From assembly GCF_039654945.1 (NCBI RefSeq), contig NW_027361754.1:29264001-29328000 (forward strand): DNA of 64,000 nucleotides, read 5' to 3'. Position 1 is the stretch's first letter. Each line of letters begins with the position of its first letter. Of this stretch, positions 1-12,497 are shown in pieces. Source of the DNA: Dendrobates tinctorius. Lineage: Eukaryota. The notes under the pieces were generated by a model. The model was not told the origin of the DNA. It worked only from the letters and a program-made list of their open reading frames with translations, and searched no databases. The translations under genes were made by a program, and so were the position numbers.

Positions 1-900
1 GGATGGCTGGGTTCCTCCTTAATCATTGCGGGTGGCTAAGTTGCTCGGGCATTTAGCCCACCCGAGCACTTCGGGCTACCTAGCCCTGACTGACTCTCAC
101 CAGGAACTTTTCTTGCCTTACACCTCAGCTAACCCCTCCTATGTTAGCTATTTACTTTCTATTGAACTCTTATCCTACACTATATACCCTACTATGTCTC
201 TATCTCATGGCCTAATAACAATACTGTGTTTTCTCTATACAACACCTTAGAAATATATACATAGCAGAATTATGTACAGATCTTTACATTACGAGCCAAC
301 AATATATATACAATTATACACACTAAACCCCCCTTACACAAGTATGCTATTGACAGCAATAGATATCCTAAAGAATTACAATTTTCATGGCTTTACAGGC
401 TGCTTACTGACATCAATAGATATCCTCAAGCATTACAATTTTTCAGGGCTTTACTGGCAGCTTACTGACATAAATGACTGCCTTACAGGATTAAGATCTG
501 GTCCTCAGCAAATTCAAACTTGCTTTGCAGCATGTTAAACATGACAATCAGTGGGCAACTTTAATTAACCCTGACTACTATGTAATAAAATGGCTATGCC
601 AATTATAATACATCTTTACAATCTTTACAACTGGATCTGTTCCCATATATTGGCAGCATTGAGCCTGCTCACCACTGATCTTCCCTGCATAGTAACACTA
701 TACTGGGCATAGATCAACACATGGCTTACAATAAAAACTTTGCCAAATTCTGTTCTCCAGATTTCTCCTCTAACAATTCTATCATTCACAGCATTGGTAC
801 TACAAAGACAGCTGTAAGATACCAACAGGGTTGTGGTCATGGCCCCATTCTCAGGGCTTCGCTTACCCCAGCTCTTCTCCTCAGACAGACAGGGTCTCTC

Positions 901-3065
901 TGATTTCCTGGCTAAGATTGAGGATATTAAGGTCACTTCTCATACGGTGTTGGCATCATTTGATGAGGTTTCTCTATATATGTCTATAGAACATGACAGG
1001 GGATTCGAGGCGGTCGGTGTGGTGCTATCAGGCTCAGACATGGCTCCAGAATGTGCACAGCTGGTCCTGGCACTGTTAGGTTTCATCCTCAGGAGGAAAT
1101 TTTTCCTCTTTATGGATGATTATTACTTACAGTTGCAGGGTACCGCCATGGGGTCCAATGTGGCCCCCACTTATGCGAACATCTACATGGCGGTATTTGA
1201 GGACCAGCATGTGTACAATTCTATCTACTGGAGCCATGTCCTGGCCTGGTGGCGTTATATCAACGACATCTTCTGTATCTGGGAAGGGAGTGTGGATGAT
1301 CTCCTCAGCTTTCAAAATGAATTGAATAATGTGTTTCCTGAGTTAAAATTTACGTTGACCCACTCTTTGGATCAGGTCCAATTTTTGGACACACTGGTCT
1401 ATAAGAAAGGGGAGTCATTGTGTACTGATCTCTTTATTAAAGAGACAGATAGAAATAGTCTTCTTGTGTATGATAGCAATCACCCTAGAAGGATGATTGA
1501 GTCGCTCCCATGGAGCCAGATGTTGCGGGTACGAAGAATTGTTTAAGAAACTTGATATGAGGTAGGACTAAATGTGTGAAAAATTTATCAACAGGGGTTA
1601 TCCAATTGATAAGGTTAAATATTACAAAAACAGGGCCATGGATTTATCGTCTGAGAATTTATGCCGTAAACGTGACAAGGTGCCAACGAGACGTATTCCT
1701 TTTGTTTCAACATTCTGTCCAGTCAGTGGCAAGATTGGAGGAATTTTGAACAAACATTGGAGTTTTTTACAGAAGGGTTTGCCACATGTAACAGATTTTG
1801 TAAATACACCTTTGCTGTATTATAGACGTGGATATACAGTCATATGTTGACCGATGCACAGTGACACCATCTGCAGCAAGATGATGCTGCAGGTCTTTGG
1901 AGGTGGTCTGTGGATTGTCCTTGACTGTTCTCACCATTCTTCTCTGCCTTTCTGATATTTTTCTTGGCCTGCCACTTCTGGGCTTAACAAGAACTGTACC
2001 TGTGTTCTTCCATTTCCTTACTATGTTCCTCACAGTGGAAACTGACTGGTTAAATCTCTGAGACAACTTTTTGTATCCTTCCCCTGAAAAGCTATGTTGA
2101 ATAATCTTTGTTTTCAGATCATTTGAGAGTTGTTTTGAGGAGCCCATGATGCCACTCTTCATAGGAGAATCAAATAGGAGAACTACTTGCAAGTGGCCAC
2201 TTTAAATACCTTTTCTCATGATTTGATACACCTGGCTATGAAGTTCAAAGCTCAATGAGGTTACAAAACCAATTTAGTGCTTCAGGAAGTCAGTAAAAAG
2301 TAGTTAGGAGTGTTCAAATCAAGAAAATGATAAGGGTGCCCATACTTTTGCACCGGTCAAATTTTGTTTAAATGCAGATTGCACATTTTCTGTTAGTACA
2401 ATAAACCTCATTTGAATCCAGAAATATAACTGAGTCCATCAGTTATTAGACATATGAAACTGAAATACCTGTTGCAAAAACCAAAATTGTTATAAAGAAA
2501 AAAGGTTAACATTAATAGGGGTGCCCAAACTTTTACATATGACTGTAACTTAAAAGACAGATTAGTAAAGTCTGATATTGGTTCGACTAAAATTTGTACA
2601 CAGAAAACTTTTTGCCCACCAAAGATGGGTAATTTCCCATGTCTTGGGTGTGCATGTTGTGGAAACATGCTTAAAGGGGATAGTTTCAAACACCCGCGTA
2701 CGAAATTTTTGATTAAGGAGAGGTACACATGCTCCTTGAATTATAATATTTATTTGATTGTGTGCCCTTGTGGGCTGATGTACATAGGGGAGACCACTAT
2801 GGAAATCAGGGCACGCATTATTAAACATAAAAGTACCATCAGGACTAAACTTTTGGAGTTACCAATACCGAAGCATTTTGTTGATTGCAGACACTCTGGT
2901 AATCAGTTAATGTTTATGGTGATAGATGGGGTCCCTATATTAAGATGATGGGGTGATAGGGTTAAAATGTTGAAAAAGAAAGAGTTGAGATGGATATCTA
3001 TTTTAGACACATTGCAACCGAAGGGTCTAAATTTAGACTATAATTTACAGACATGTATTACCTAA
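901..3065 (+). pseudogene. Penelope RT + Cys-rich linker + GIY-YIG endonuclease ORF, disrupted
   Basis: GTAMGS..APTYANIYM and WRYIND (degenerate YIDD) in 833..1546; RIPFVSTF in 1572..1850; YRRGY|NLKDRLVKSD rejoins across the Tc1; CLGCACC and IYLIVCPCGLMYIGETT in 2625..2948; several stops and frameshifts. Confidence 0.9.
1837..2545 (-). mobile_element. Internally deleted Tc1-like DNA transposon
   Basis: TA|CAGTCATATG ... CATATGACTG|TA; ORF 1767..2192(-) encodes a Tc1 transposase N-terminal HTH (GEGYKKLSQRF, RSGRPRK) truncated before the DDE domain. Confidence 0.92.
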
Positions 3066-3535
3066 TCCCTTGTCTTATGACATCATCCTTTGTTTATGGG
3101 ATGTATGTGGCTTTTAATGGTGTTTTTTTTTTGTTTTAATATGTTTCTTTGTTTTTCGTTTTTTTATAGGTCTGTTGTTTGGAATCGACTGGAGGATACG
3201 GGGACTGAACAGTCCTGAATCATGAAGATGATATTCATTATGTATTTGTTGTCTGTTATTCCCCATGCCCTCTTTTTGCCGCTTTTTTGTGTATTTTTTG
3301 CTCTGTGTTGGTCACCTATTATGAACATGTTCCCTTATGTTACTCTATATGGAAGGATTAAAATATAGTGATCTATGTTTTCTCTGAAGCTATTATGGTT
3401 GCCATGGATTTGGTTATTTGACATGTGTGGTGTCAAATAACCATATAATACAATTCCACTTGTCCTTAAGTAAGGTGCCCTGGAAGGGGGTTACGAAAAC
3501 GCTGAATTTCAGGAAAGCAAAGTTTGATCAGCTTA

Positions 3536-4007
3536 GGCCTCTTTCACACTTCAGTTTTTTGCATCAGTCAAGATCCGCCAAAAGGACGGATGGCGGATCC
3601 GTTTTAGTACTGATGACAACGGATGGCACCCGTCTGTTTTTTTTGACGGATCCGACAAATGAAGAATTTTAAAGGAATCGCAGCCTGGAAAAGGGGGGAG
3701 AGAGAGAGAGAGAGATTTTTTGTCCGGCACCCAGAAAGAAGTTCGGGTTAAATGAGTGTCTGGAGGATCCGCCACAGAAAAAAACGTTGCAAGCTCCATT
3801 TTGAAATCTTTGAGGATGGTGACGGACAGCAACTTTTGGCGGATTCTCAAAAAAAACGGATGCAACGGACGGCAATCCGTCACAATCCGCCAATAATGGA
3901 AGTCAATGGGGAAAAAAACGGATCCTCAAAAGAAAATTGCGGATCCGTTTTTTTAAAAACCTGGCGGATTGTGACTGATTGTAAAAAACGGAAGTGTGAA
4001 AGAGGCC
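3536..4007. mobile_element. PIF/Harbinger-type MITE inside CR1
   Basis: TIR GGCCTCTTTCACACTTC / GAAGTGTGAAAGAGGCC; TTA TSD on both sides; CR1 frame (FDQLR|EDLR) rejoins when it is removed. Confidence 0.9.
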
Positions 4008-4243
4008 TTAGAGAGGACCTTCGCCGAATTGATTGGGACAATGTCCTCAAAAATAGGAGCACAGAAAATAAATGGGAAATATTTAAATCAGTTTTACACA
4101 CACACTGCGAGCTAGCCATACCGTACAGAAATAACAGGGCTAGGAACAGGAGAACACCAATGTGGCTAAATAAGGATGTAAAAAGGGCAATAAATAACAA
4201 GAACAAGGCATTTAAGAAGCTAAAACAAGAAGGCGATGAAGAA

Positions 4244-4614
4244 ACATTGCTCTCTATGATTTCACCCTCATTGTTCTTTAAAGGGCCGACACAATCAATT
4301 TTAATCTTTTTACTGTTTATATAATTAAAGAATAGTTTTGGGGTTTGTTTTACTTTCCTTAACAATGAGTCTCTCAGTTTCCACTTTTGCTAAATGTATT
4401 TGTTTTTTACACATTTTATTTTTTTCCCGGAGAAAAAAATAAAATGTGTAAAAAACAAATACATTTAGCAAAAGTGGAAACTGAGAGACTCATTGTTAAG
4501 GAACGTAAAACAAACCCCAAAACTATTCTTTAATTATATAAACAGTAAAATGATTAAAATTGATTGTGTCGGCCCTTTAAAGAACAATGAGGGTGAAATC
4601 ATAGAGAGCGATGT
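4244..4614. repeat. ~370-bp near-perfect fold-back palindrome within CR1 ORF2
   Basis: 4244-4427 is the reverse complement of 4430-4614; the same peptide (MLRxVKQTPKLFFNYINSK) appears on both strands in the ORF track. Confidence 0.93.
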
Positions 4615-7253
4615 GGGAAAAGCAAATGTTTTAAATACTTTTTTCTCAACAGTGTTCACACAGGAAAAGGATTTGCCAGGGGAAATGCAGAGTGATAATT
4701 TAAACTCCCCATTAATTATTACCTGCCTAACCCAGGAAGAAGTGCAGAACCGCCTTAGTAAGATTAAAATTGACAAATCACCAGGCCCTGATGGCATTCA
4801 CCCTCGGGTATTAAGGGAGTTAAGTAATGTGATAGACAAGCCTCTATTCCTTATATTTAAAGACTCTATAGAAAAATGTGGTACCAATATTCAAAAAAGG
4901 GTGTAAAAGGGAACCTGGAAACTATAGGCCGGTAAGCTTAACATCTGTTGTGGGTAAAATTTTTGAAGGGTTTCTATGGGATACCATTATGGAATATCTC
5001 AATATTAATAAATGTTTAACTCCATATCAACATGGATTTATGAAGGATCGATCCTGTCAAACTAACCTGATCAGCTTCTATGAGGATGTAAGCTCTCAAA
5101 TGGACCAAGGAGAATCATTGGATGTCATTTATCTCGACTTCTCTAAAGCATTTGACACTGTCCCACATAAAAGATTGGTAAGTAAGATGAGAAAGCTTGG
5201 GCTAGGGGAAAATGTGTGTAGATGGGTAGGTAGCTGGCTTAGTGATAGAAAACAGAGTGGTTATTAATGGTGCATACTCAGATTGGGCCAGGGTTACTAG
5301 TGGGGTATCACAGGGTTCTGTATTGGGCCCCCTACTATTTAATATATTTATTAATGATCTAGTGGATGGCTTACACAGTAAAATATCAGTATTTGCAGAT
5401 GATACAAAACTATGTAAGGTAGTTAACACAAAGGAGGACAGTTTGCAACTACAGACAGATTTGAGTAAATTGGAGAATTGGGCTGAAAAATGGCAAATGA
5501 GGTTTAACACAGATAAGTGTAAGGTTAAGCACATAGGAAGGAGAAACAGATGCTATAATTACTTACTAAATGGGAAACTGCTGGGGAAATCAGACATGGA
5601 AAAAGACTTAGGCATCTTAGTCAATAAGAAGCTAAATTGGAGTGCCCAGTGTCAGGCAGCTGCCACCAAAGCAAATAGGGTCATGGGATGCATTAGAAGA
5701 GGTCTGGGGACACGAGAGGAAAACATAATTCTCCCTCTGTACAAATCACTCGTCAGACCACACTTGGAGTATTGTGTGCAATTTTGGACGCCGGTGCTCA
5801 AGAAAAACATTACTGAACTTGAAAGGGTTCAAAGGCGGGCTACTAAAATGATAAATGGAGTTGGATCACTACAATACCCAGAAAGGTTGTCAAAATTAGG
5901 TCTATTTACTCTAGAAAAGAGAAGACTTAGGGGAGACCTAATATATATGTACAAGTATATCAGAGGGCAATACAGAGATCTCTCCAAAGAACTGTTTGTA
6001 CCAAGAACAGGGGGCATTCTCTTCGTTTGGAGGAAAGACAATTTCTGCACCAGCATAGAAGAGGGTTCTTCACGGTAAGAGCAGTGAGGCTCTGGAATTC
6101 TCTTCCTGAGGAAGTGGTGATGACCAACTCACTGAATGAATTTAAGAAAGGAATGGCTGCTTTTCTTGTGAGTAACAGTATAGAAGGTTACGAATAACAG
6201 AATATTATAGGTAGATGGTTGACCCAGCTTAGGGGAAGGATTTTTTTTCCGTATGGAGAAAATTGGCTTCTACTCTGTGGTTTTTTTGCCTTCCCCAGGA
6301 TCAACAATGCAGAACAGCTGCACCAAAAAATAGGCTGAACTAGATGGACATAAGGTCTTCCTTCAGCCTTCAAAACTACGCGTATGTTACTATGTTACTA
6401 TGGTGACTCCCATCTTTTTGGAAGTCCTCCTTACCGTCATATGTATTATAACTGAAACCCTTAATGGGTTTATTGTAAACATAGGATCTCTTATTCAAGC
6501 TCGCACTCTGACTAAGGGATTTAGGGCGCTTGCGCATTGTATTAGGTATATTCCTGGCTTGGGTGACTGTCTGCACAGGCGCGGTGAATGCGACGGGCGT
6601 ATCATGTGATTGCGTCCTGTGTGCAGCACTGCGCTTGCGCAGTGATTGTGACAGGCGCGTCATGTGATCGCGTTCTGTGTACGGCGCTGTGCGTGCGCAT
6701 TGTTTGTGACAGACCCGGCTTGTGACTGCGTACTGTCTGCAGCACGGCGCGTGCGCGGTGTCTGTGACAGGCGCATCATGTGATTACGCTATGTATGCAA
6801 CACTGCGCGCACGTGTGATGTCTTTCTAATGCTGGTGTTTCATGGGAAGGAGAAGGGAAGTCTCCGGGTACACATGTGATGAGAGGGTAACTATAATTGG
6901 TTGCTGGGGTAGGCGCCAGGATCAGTGGGAGCATTGATTGGTAGATAAGTTTATGCAGATGCTTGAATGCACTATTGTTTCTGATTGGTACACTGTCGCC
7001 ATGGGTATTGGGATGCTTGGTGATGATTGGTGGGTTCATGGGGAGTTTTTTGTTTATGTTTAGATAAATTTTGTGATATTTATTATAATGATGCTATTAT
7101 AAATGACATTTTTTCAATATAGTGTCTTTTGGAATGTACATGTATCTGATGGATGTAATTATATATATTAAATGTAATTATATGTGATGGGTGTTACCGG
7201 AGTGGTGATTGGCTGTGCCACACCATAAAAGGTCGCCATTTGTGCTGCATGTC

Positions 7254-7292
7254 ATACTTGAAAAAGGCCACAATATGGCCAAAACGTTGTAT
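7254..7292 (+). ncRNA. Degenerate minimal type-I hammerhead-like motif of the Penelope 3' region
   Basis: ATAC-TTGAAAAA-GGCCA-caata-TGGCC-AAAAC-GTT-GTAT: stem I ATAC/GTAT, stem II GGCCA/TGGCC, variant cores; GAAAC reads AAAAC (consistent with CpG decay). Confidence 0.55.
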
Positions 7293-8337
7293 TTTTCATT
7301 GGCAGAATAAATCATTGATACAATTATTCACCCGGATTGGATGCTGCTCTCTCTCTTTTCTATAGACAGGGTCTCTCCGTCATATCAGCACACCCCGTAG
7401 TCACTGTGCTGTCAGCTACTTCTTCACAGCTGTGTCCCCCATTCTTCCCTGCATTCAAAGGACAGGAGGCAGAGTCCAAAACAACTTTAAACAACACAGG
7501 TTTATTATCTTCAGGACACAGCACATTCATTACATTTCCAACACATTCTTCACAATACCAGCAGCATATTTCTCTGTCTTTCCCTGCTTCTTCCTCCACA
7601 TCACGGAATAAGCCACAAAGATATAATGGGACGAGGTGCCTGGTGAAAACGCCACTGCAATATATCTCCCTTCATCCTGCTTCGTCCACCACGTCAACGG
7701 TTAACCAGCCCGTGCACTTTCACAGTGGCCCACTCTATCTTCTTCTGCTACTCACCTCACAAATAGCAGCATAAGAATTTAAAGGGGTAAAGCTCACACC
7801 CCTTACATACTCCCTTCCTTAAATCATTGCCGTTCCCGACAATGTGACAACAATCCTAGCATTTCTTTGACAAAAAACATATATATTAATATATCAAACT
7901 TTTTACAAAGGATACTCCGTACAGGGAGAACGATTCTAAAACATTTTCTCTATATGAGGTAGGAACATATAAAAGTGATGTCCACTTTCCTTTAATATGC
8001 CGACGCACATGTCCATAAAAAAAAAGACTTCTTACGACAAGGCGCTCCTCCCCCTTCCTTTGAGGGGAGCACATCTTATTTACATGCTCCACTTTGGCGT
8101 TGAAAACAGTCCTTTTACTCAAGCACAGTTCTGCCATCCAGCAGAAGGGGTGCAACAAAATAAACAAAAATAAGAAACAAGATAAACGGCAATTTGTGGC
8201 AACATTTTTTTAAAACAGGTCCCATGGACCGTCGTCAGCTCTCTCATAGAGCGTGGCAGGGGTCCCTATCCTGAGGGGACGCGGAACAGCCCCTGAGATG
8301 TGCAACTAGCATTTAAAGGGAAGGGGCCAAGGAGAGT

Positions 8338-9558
8338 TCAGCGCCGCGCATCCTGCGCCGTTTTTTCACTTGGTGCCCGAGCCCTGGTGCAGGCTGAAGA
8401 GGTCTCTGCAGCAGCAGAGTCTCCGGAACGATGGGGAAGGTCTGGGGCAGAGGCGTCATCAGTTACCTCTGTTCGTGGATCCATGTCTTCTCCGGTGGGA
8501 TTGTTTTCCTCTGGGCACAGGATGACTGCCACGGCTTAGAAGCCCCATGGGCAGTCTTCCTTATAAAAAGAGATCCAATCCCCGACATGTAGGGCTCTCC
8601 CATGTTTAGTGAAGGCGGCATTGATGTAGACTTTATCATGAGTGCCAGCCTCCTCAGTGAAACCATAGCCGCATTCCATGTTTGTGAAAACGAGCTGTCC
8701 ATACGTGTGGTGCGCAGACATTGCGGCCTCCCCTCTCTCACGAAGGAGGGCTCATATCTCGCACTCTCTAGCCTTCTTCTGCGCAATTATGTCGGATATC
8801 CACACCGACGGGTATACGAATGATGTGGGCCCAGTGTTTTCCGCAGAAGCCTGACGGGAGCGCGGGAGTGAGGTGGCGCTGGTCTTTTGCCTAGTGTCGG
8901 CAGTGCCCCGGGGAGGTGATGGTGCAGGGGCTGCATGACCCGTCACTCGCTGGGGTTGAGGCTCACTCACCTCTAATGCGCTCACTGTCCCACTCAGACT
9001 GGTCCTCATCTCCTGTAGGTACCGCCTCATGCCGGAGGCCGGAGACTCCACCGACTCTGCTCCTTCTTCTCCACAGACATTGTTGGTGCTCTCAGACATT
9101 TCAGTGGCTCCCTTCTCCTCCTTTTCCTCCGGTCGGGTGAGCGCCGTCAGCTCGCTGAACTTGCTCCCAGGGTGAACGGATGTTCCGCCTCCTGCCATCT
9201 GGCAGGAACAGCTTCCGGGCACAATGGTTCCTCGGCAGAAGTCAGCGGTGCTTCGTTCCTCGATTGCTCCGGGACGGTCTGTGCTGCAGGCGGATGCCTT
9301 TCCGGCATGTTGTTTGGCTCCGTCCCTGCAGACCCCACTGTCACAGGCACCGTCATCTTCCAGAGATCTTCTCTCTGGCTGAATGCCTTGTGCTCCTGCA
9401 GATCTCCCCAACCATGGGCGGGTGTCTAGATTCCTTGTCCCGCCGCCACCGCCATTCTGTTCACCGGATGCCTCTGCAGCCGCACCGATACATCGTGGCC
9501 GATGTCCCGTTCCATTCTGATGCCAGACAGCTGCACTCAGCACTTCCTGCAGAACCAC
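8338..9558 (-). pseudogene. Cargo ORF of element A: low-complexity region + cold-shock-domain-like domain (two in-frame stops)
   Basis: ORFs 8752..9558, 8536..8721 and 8338..8532 are in one frame; stops fall at W and Y positions of the homologue at 30385..31104; motif YGQLVFTN-GYGF-KVYIN-LHVGDWISF-GF*AVAV. Confidence 0.75.
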
Positions 9559-9968
9559 ACCTGTTCCAGGGTGGGGTTATCTTCTGCCTCCCCACCCATT
9601 TACGTGCTTTGGGTGGCAAGGGGTGAATGTCCATCTTTACATAGCACTCCCACCAGGGGCGGACCTGACATTGCTGACAACTCTTGTTTGGCGCCATCCA
9701 GATGCTGCCACGCCCACGAAGTGCACCTTGCAGACAGAGACATTCCTTTTTGGCACCACAGCTCTTCATCTTGGTGGCCGCCATCTTGGTGTTCACAAAG
9801 TCATTCTCCATTTCTTCTTTTGACAAATCCGGTGTTTTGGTCACATTCAGTATAATTTTCTCATCGACACAATCTTCAACCTGCTCACTATGGGTCACTT
9901 TAAATCACTTCCACTTTGTCTTCCTTCTTCACCCCTGCTGCGGCTTCACAACTATATGGGGCAGTGAG

Positions 9969-9986
9969 ATCCTGCCGACTACGCCA
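9969..9986 (-). other. Primer-binding site complementary to the tRNA-Ser 3' end
   Basis: Minus strand TGGCGTAGTCGGCAGGAT, 2 nt from the LTR end; complementary over 18 nt to vertebrate tRNA-Ser ...ATCCTGCCGACTACGCCA. Confidence 0.92.
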
Positions 9987-9988
9987 CT

Positions 9989-10956
9989 TGTAAGATACCG
10001 ACAGGGTTGTAGTCATGGCCTCATTCTCAGGGCTTCGCTTACCCCAGATCTTCTCCTCAGATTAATTATTCACCCGGATTGGATGCTGCTCTCTCTCTTT
10101 TCTATAGACAGGGTCTCTCCGTCATATCAGCACAACCTGTATTAACAGTGTTGTCAGCTACTTCTTCACTGCTGTGTTCCCCATTTTTCCCTGCATTCAA
10201 AGGACAGGAGGCGGAGTCCAAAGCAACTTTAAACAACACAGGTTTATTATCTTCAGGACACAGCACATCCATTAAACTTCCAGCACATTCTTCACAATAC
10301 CAGCAGCACATTTCTCTGTCTTTCCCTGCTTCTCCCTCCACATCACGGAATAAGCCACAAAGATTTAACGGGACGAGGTGCCCGGTGAAAACGCTACTGC
10401 AATATATCTCCCTTCATCCTGCTTCGTCTCAGACTCAGAAATTCTGTCTACAGGGACGTCCACCACGTCAACGGTTAACCAGCCCGCCCACTTTCACGGT
10501 GGCCCACTCTATCTTCTTCTGCTACTCACTTCACTTTCCACTCCACTGCTGTGCATACTATGCTCTTTACTCTTCTCTTCCTTTTTTACTCTTCTACTAC
10601 TTTCTAGGGATGGATGGGCTTCTTATAATGTTACGTGGCAGCTGAGCAGCCCAGGCCATAGGCCACCTGAGCACACACAGGGGTCTTCCCCTGACTGACT
10701 ATGTACCAGAAAACTCTCTATCTTATTCCCTGCTAACCCCTCCTATTGTTAACTCCTAAGTGTCCTACAGCTAAACCTTACTATGCAGTCTACTCAGTGC
10801 CCCCATCTAGTGGCCCTTTTCCCTAACTGCACTGTCTCTATCTTACATATAGTATAAATATATGAAATTACGTCACAGTGAGATACATAGCAACTATATA
10901 CATATAAATATAAATAGTAGCATGAATTTAAAGGGGTAACGCTTACACCCCTTACA
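9989..10956 (-). repeat. 5' LTR of element A (968 bp), containing a ~44-bp Penelope 3'-tail fragment
   Basis: TGTAAG...CTTACA termini; homology to 813-900/7364-7807; ~10063-10105 matches the Penelope end at ~7322-7363. Confidence 0.9.
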
Positions 10957-11179
10957 CAGCATTGAAGGGTCTGCTTTGAGGCTTAAATTAATTTTGTTGT
11001 CTAAGCTGGGGTTTGATGAACAACATCTTGGCTGCCGAATTAGACAGAGAGCATCTGTGAATCTGCCCGGTGTTGGAGGAGGACGACATAAGGAAACAAC
11101 TCAATAATGCCAATTCTTTTGCCAGGCACAATGCCAACCAGTCAGTCACCACAGCCAGCCAGCTCACCAATGCCAGCCA

Positions 11180-11676
11180 GCTCAGTCGCCACAGAGGTAC
11201 TGCACCTTCTCCTAAGATGTGGTGCCCCACCATCCAGGTAAGGTGGGAACTCCTGACCACGCTCCAACTTCCAGTAAAGCTTTGGAACTACAATCCCCGG
11301 TGTCCTCCATTGATTCTTGCGCCAACACAATCAGCACCGCTACATCTGGGTATCAGCTTCTACACCGCCTGCGCCTCTCCTCTTCCCCTACATCCACACT
11401 GCCCTGGGGCTACAGCTCCACCTGTGGGGAGCTTCACCATCTTGACTGCAACCCATCACCAGCCCCAGAGGATCTACAAGCAGCGTCGGCCTAACATCTC
11501 ACTTGCCAAACACCACAGGTGGCGTCACGAACTATTCCATCTAACTACATTCCACCATTCACAATTTCCCCAGTACTTGGGCGCCCAGGGCCATGGTCCG
11601 GGTCACTGCTGCTGTGACACATCCCACTGATACCGGCCCGGTACCGAGTACCCCACGGCCCTGGGAGGGCGACCCA
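11180..11676. mobile_element. Internally deleted LTR fragment, inverted relative of the solo LTR at 37128-38408
   Basis: Reverse complement of ~38306-38393 joined to the reverse complement of ~37128-37520; ends GGGCGACCCA. Confidence 0.8.
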
Positions 11677-11739
11677 TTACTCCAGGACAGACCTTGGACG
11701 CATGGCAGCTGACCCCCAAAGGGGCAGGTCGATGGAACG

Positions 11740-12450
11740 ACCAAGATAAGATGGGCTTGACAAGTACAGGCAGGCATGACAGTAATACTGGGAGATACGC
11801 AGGTGTAGACAGGTACATCTGATATACAGCCTGGTATGGCAGGTGCAGGCAAGTACGACTGGTATACAGACTGGTACAGCTGATGTACTTTCAGGCAGGT
11901 GCTGGCGAGCGTGACTGAAATACAGACAAGCTGATGCAAGTGGGCATGTCTGATATACAGACAGGCTGGTGCTGGAGGGCATGGCTGATATACAGGCAGG
12001 CAGGTGCTGGTGGGCACAGCTAATATTCAGACTGGTGCTGGTGGGCACATTTGATATATCAGGCTGGTGCAGGCTGGCACAGCTGATATACAGGCAGGTT
12101 GGTGCAGCTGGGCACGGCTGACATACAGGCAGGCAGATGGTGGGCATGGCTGATATACAGGCAGGCAGGTGGGCATGGCTGATATACAGGCAGGCAGGTG
12201 CTGGTGGCACAGATGATAAACAGACTGGTACTGGTGGGTACATCTGATATATCAGGCTGTTGCATGCAGGCACAGCTGATATACAGGCAGATTGATGCAG
12301 GTGGGCATGGCTGATATATAGGCAGGTTGGTGCAGGTGGGCACGGCTGGAATACAGGGACACAAGGCAAGTATGGGCAGACAGGTACCGGACAGGTAAAG
12401 TAACTGGCGTATACAGGGGACCTGACAACTAGCAAGCATGCAGACAACTG
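11740..12450. repeat. Degenerate minisatellite (GCTGATATACAGGCAGGCAGGTG-like)
   Basis: Repeated GCTGATATACAGGC motif; generates repetitive ACLYIS/VYQPCP ORFs. Confidence 0.8.
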
Positions 12451-12497
12451 ACTTTACATATTGCTCAGACACCTCCATTCATTTGGAAGTGCCTTAA

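Larger units (their letters stand above)
3433..6400 (+). mobile_element. 5'-truncated CR1 LINE (ORF2 RT pseudogene)
   Basis: KSPGPDGIHPRVL, NYRPVSLTS, YLDFSKAFDTV, QGSVLGP, FADDTK motifs in frameshifted ORFs 4493-6078; 3' tail (TATGTTAC)n at ~6383-6400; possible TSD TGGTG (3428-3432, 6401-6405). Confidence 0.93.
901..7363 (+). mobile_element. 5'-truncated Penelope-like element (Neptune-type), interrupted by Tc1 and CR1
   Basis: 14-bp direct repeat AGACAGGGTCTCTC at 887-900 and 7364-7377; RT and GIY-YIG ORF fragments; long 3' region with hammerhead-like motif and AATAAA at 7306-7311. Confidence 0.88.
813..7807 (-). repeat. 3' LTR of element A, split by a Penelope insertion (pieces 813-900 and 7378-7807) and internally deleted
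   Basis: 813-900 and 7364-7807 align to 9989-10956; about 380 bp (~10535-10911) and a ~30-bp block are missing from this copy. Confidence 0.88.
813..10956 (-). mobile_element. Non-autonomous LTR retrotransposon 'A' (Ty3/Gypsy-type cis signals, no recognisable gag/pol, CSD-like cargo ORF)
   Basis: TG...CA termini; 4-bp TSD CAGC (809-812 and 10957-10960); LTRs at 9989-10956 and 813-7807 (interrupted); tRNA-Ser PBS 9969-9986; PPT AAGGAAGGGAGTA (minus) at 7808-7820; ~2.2-kb internal region without RT/IN motifs. Confidence 0.9.

Noticed and set aside
9969-9986. tRNA-Ser gene
   Set aside because: Only the 3'-terminal 18 nt including CCA are present, adjacent to an LTR; this is a PBS.
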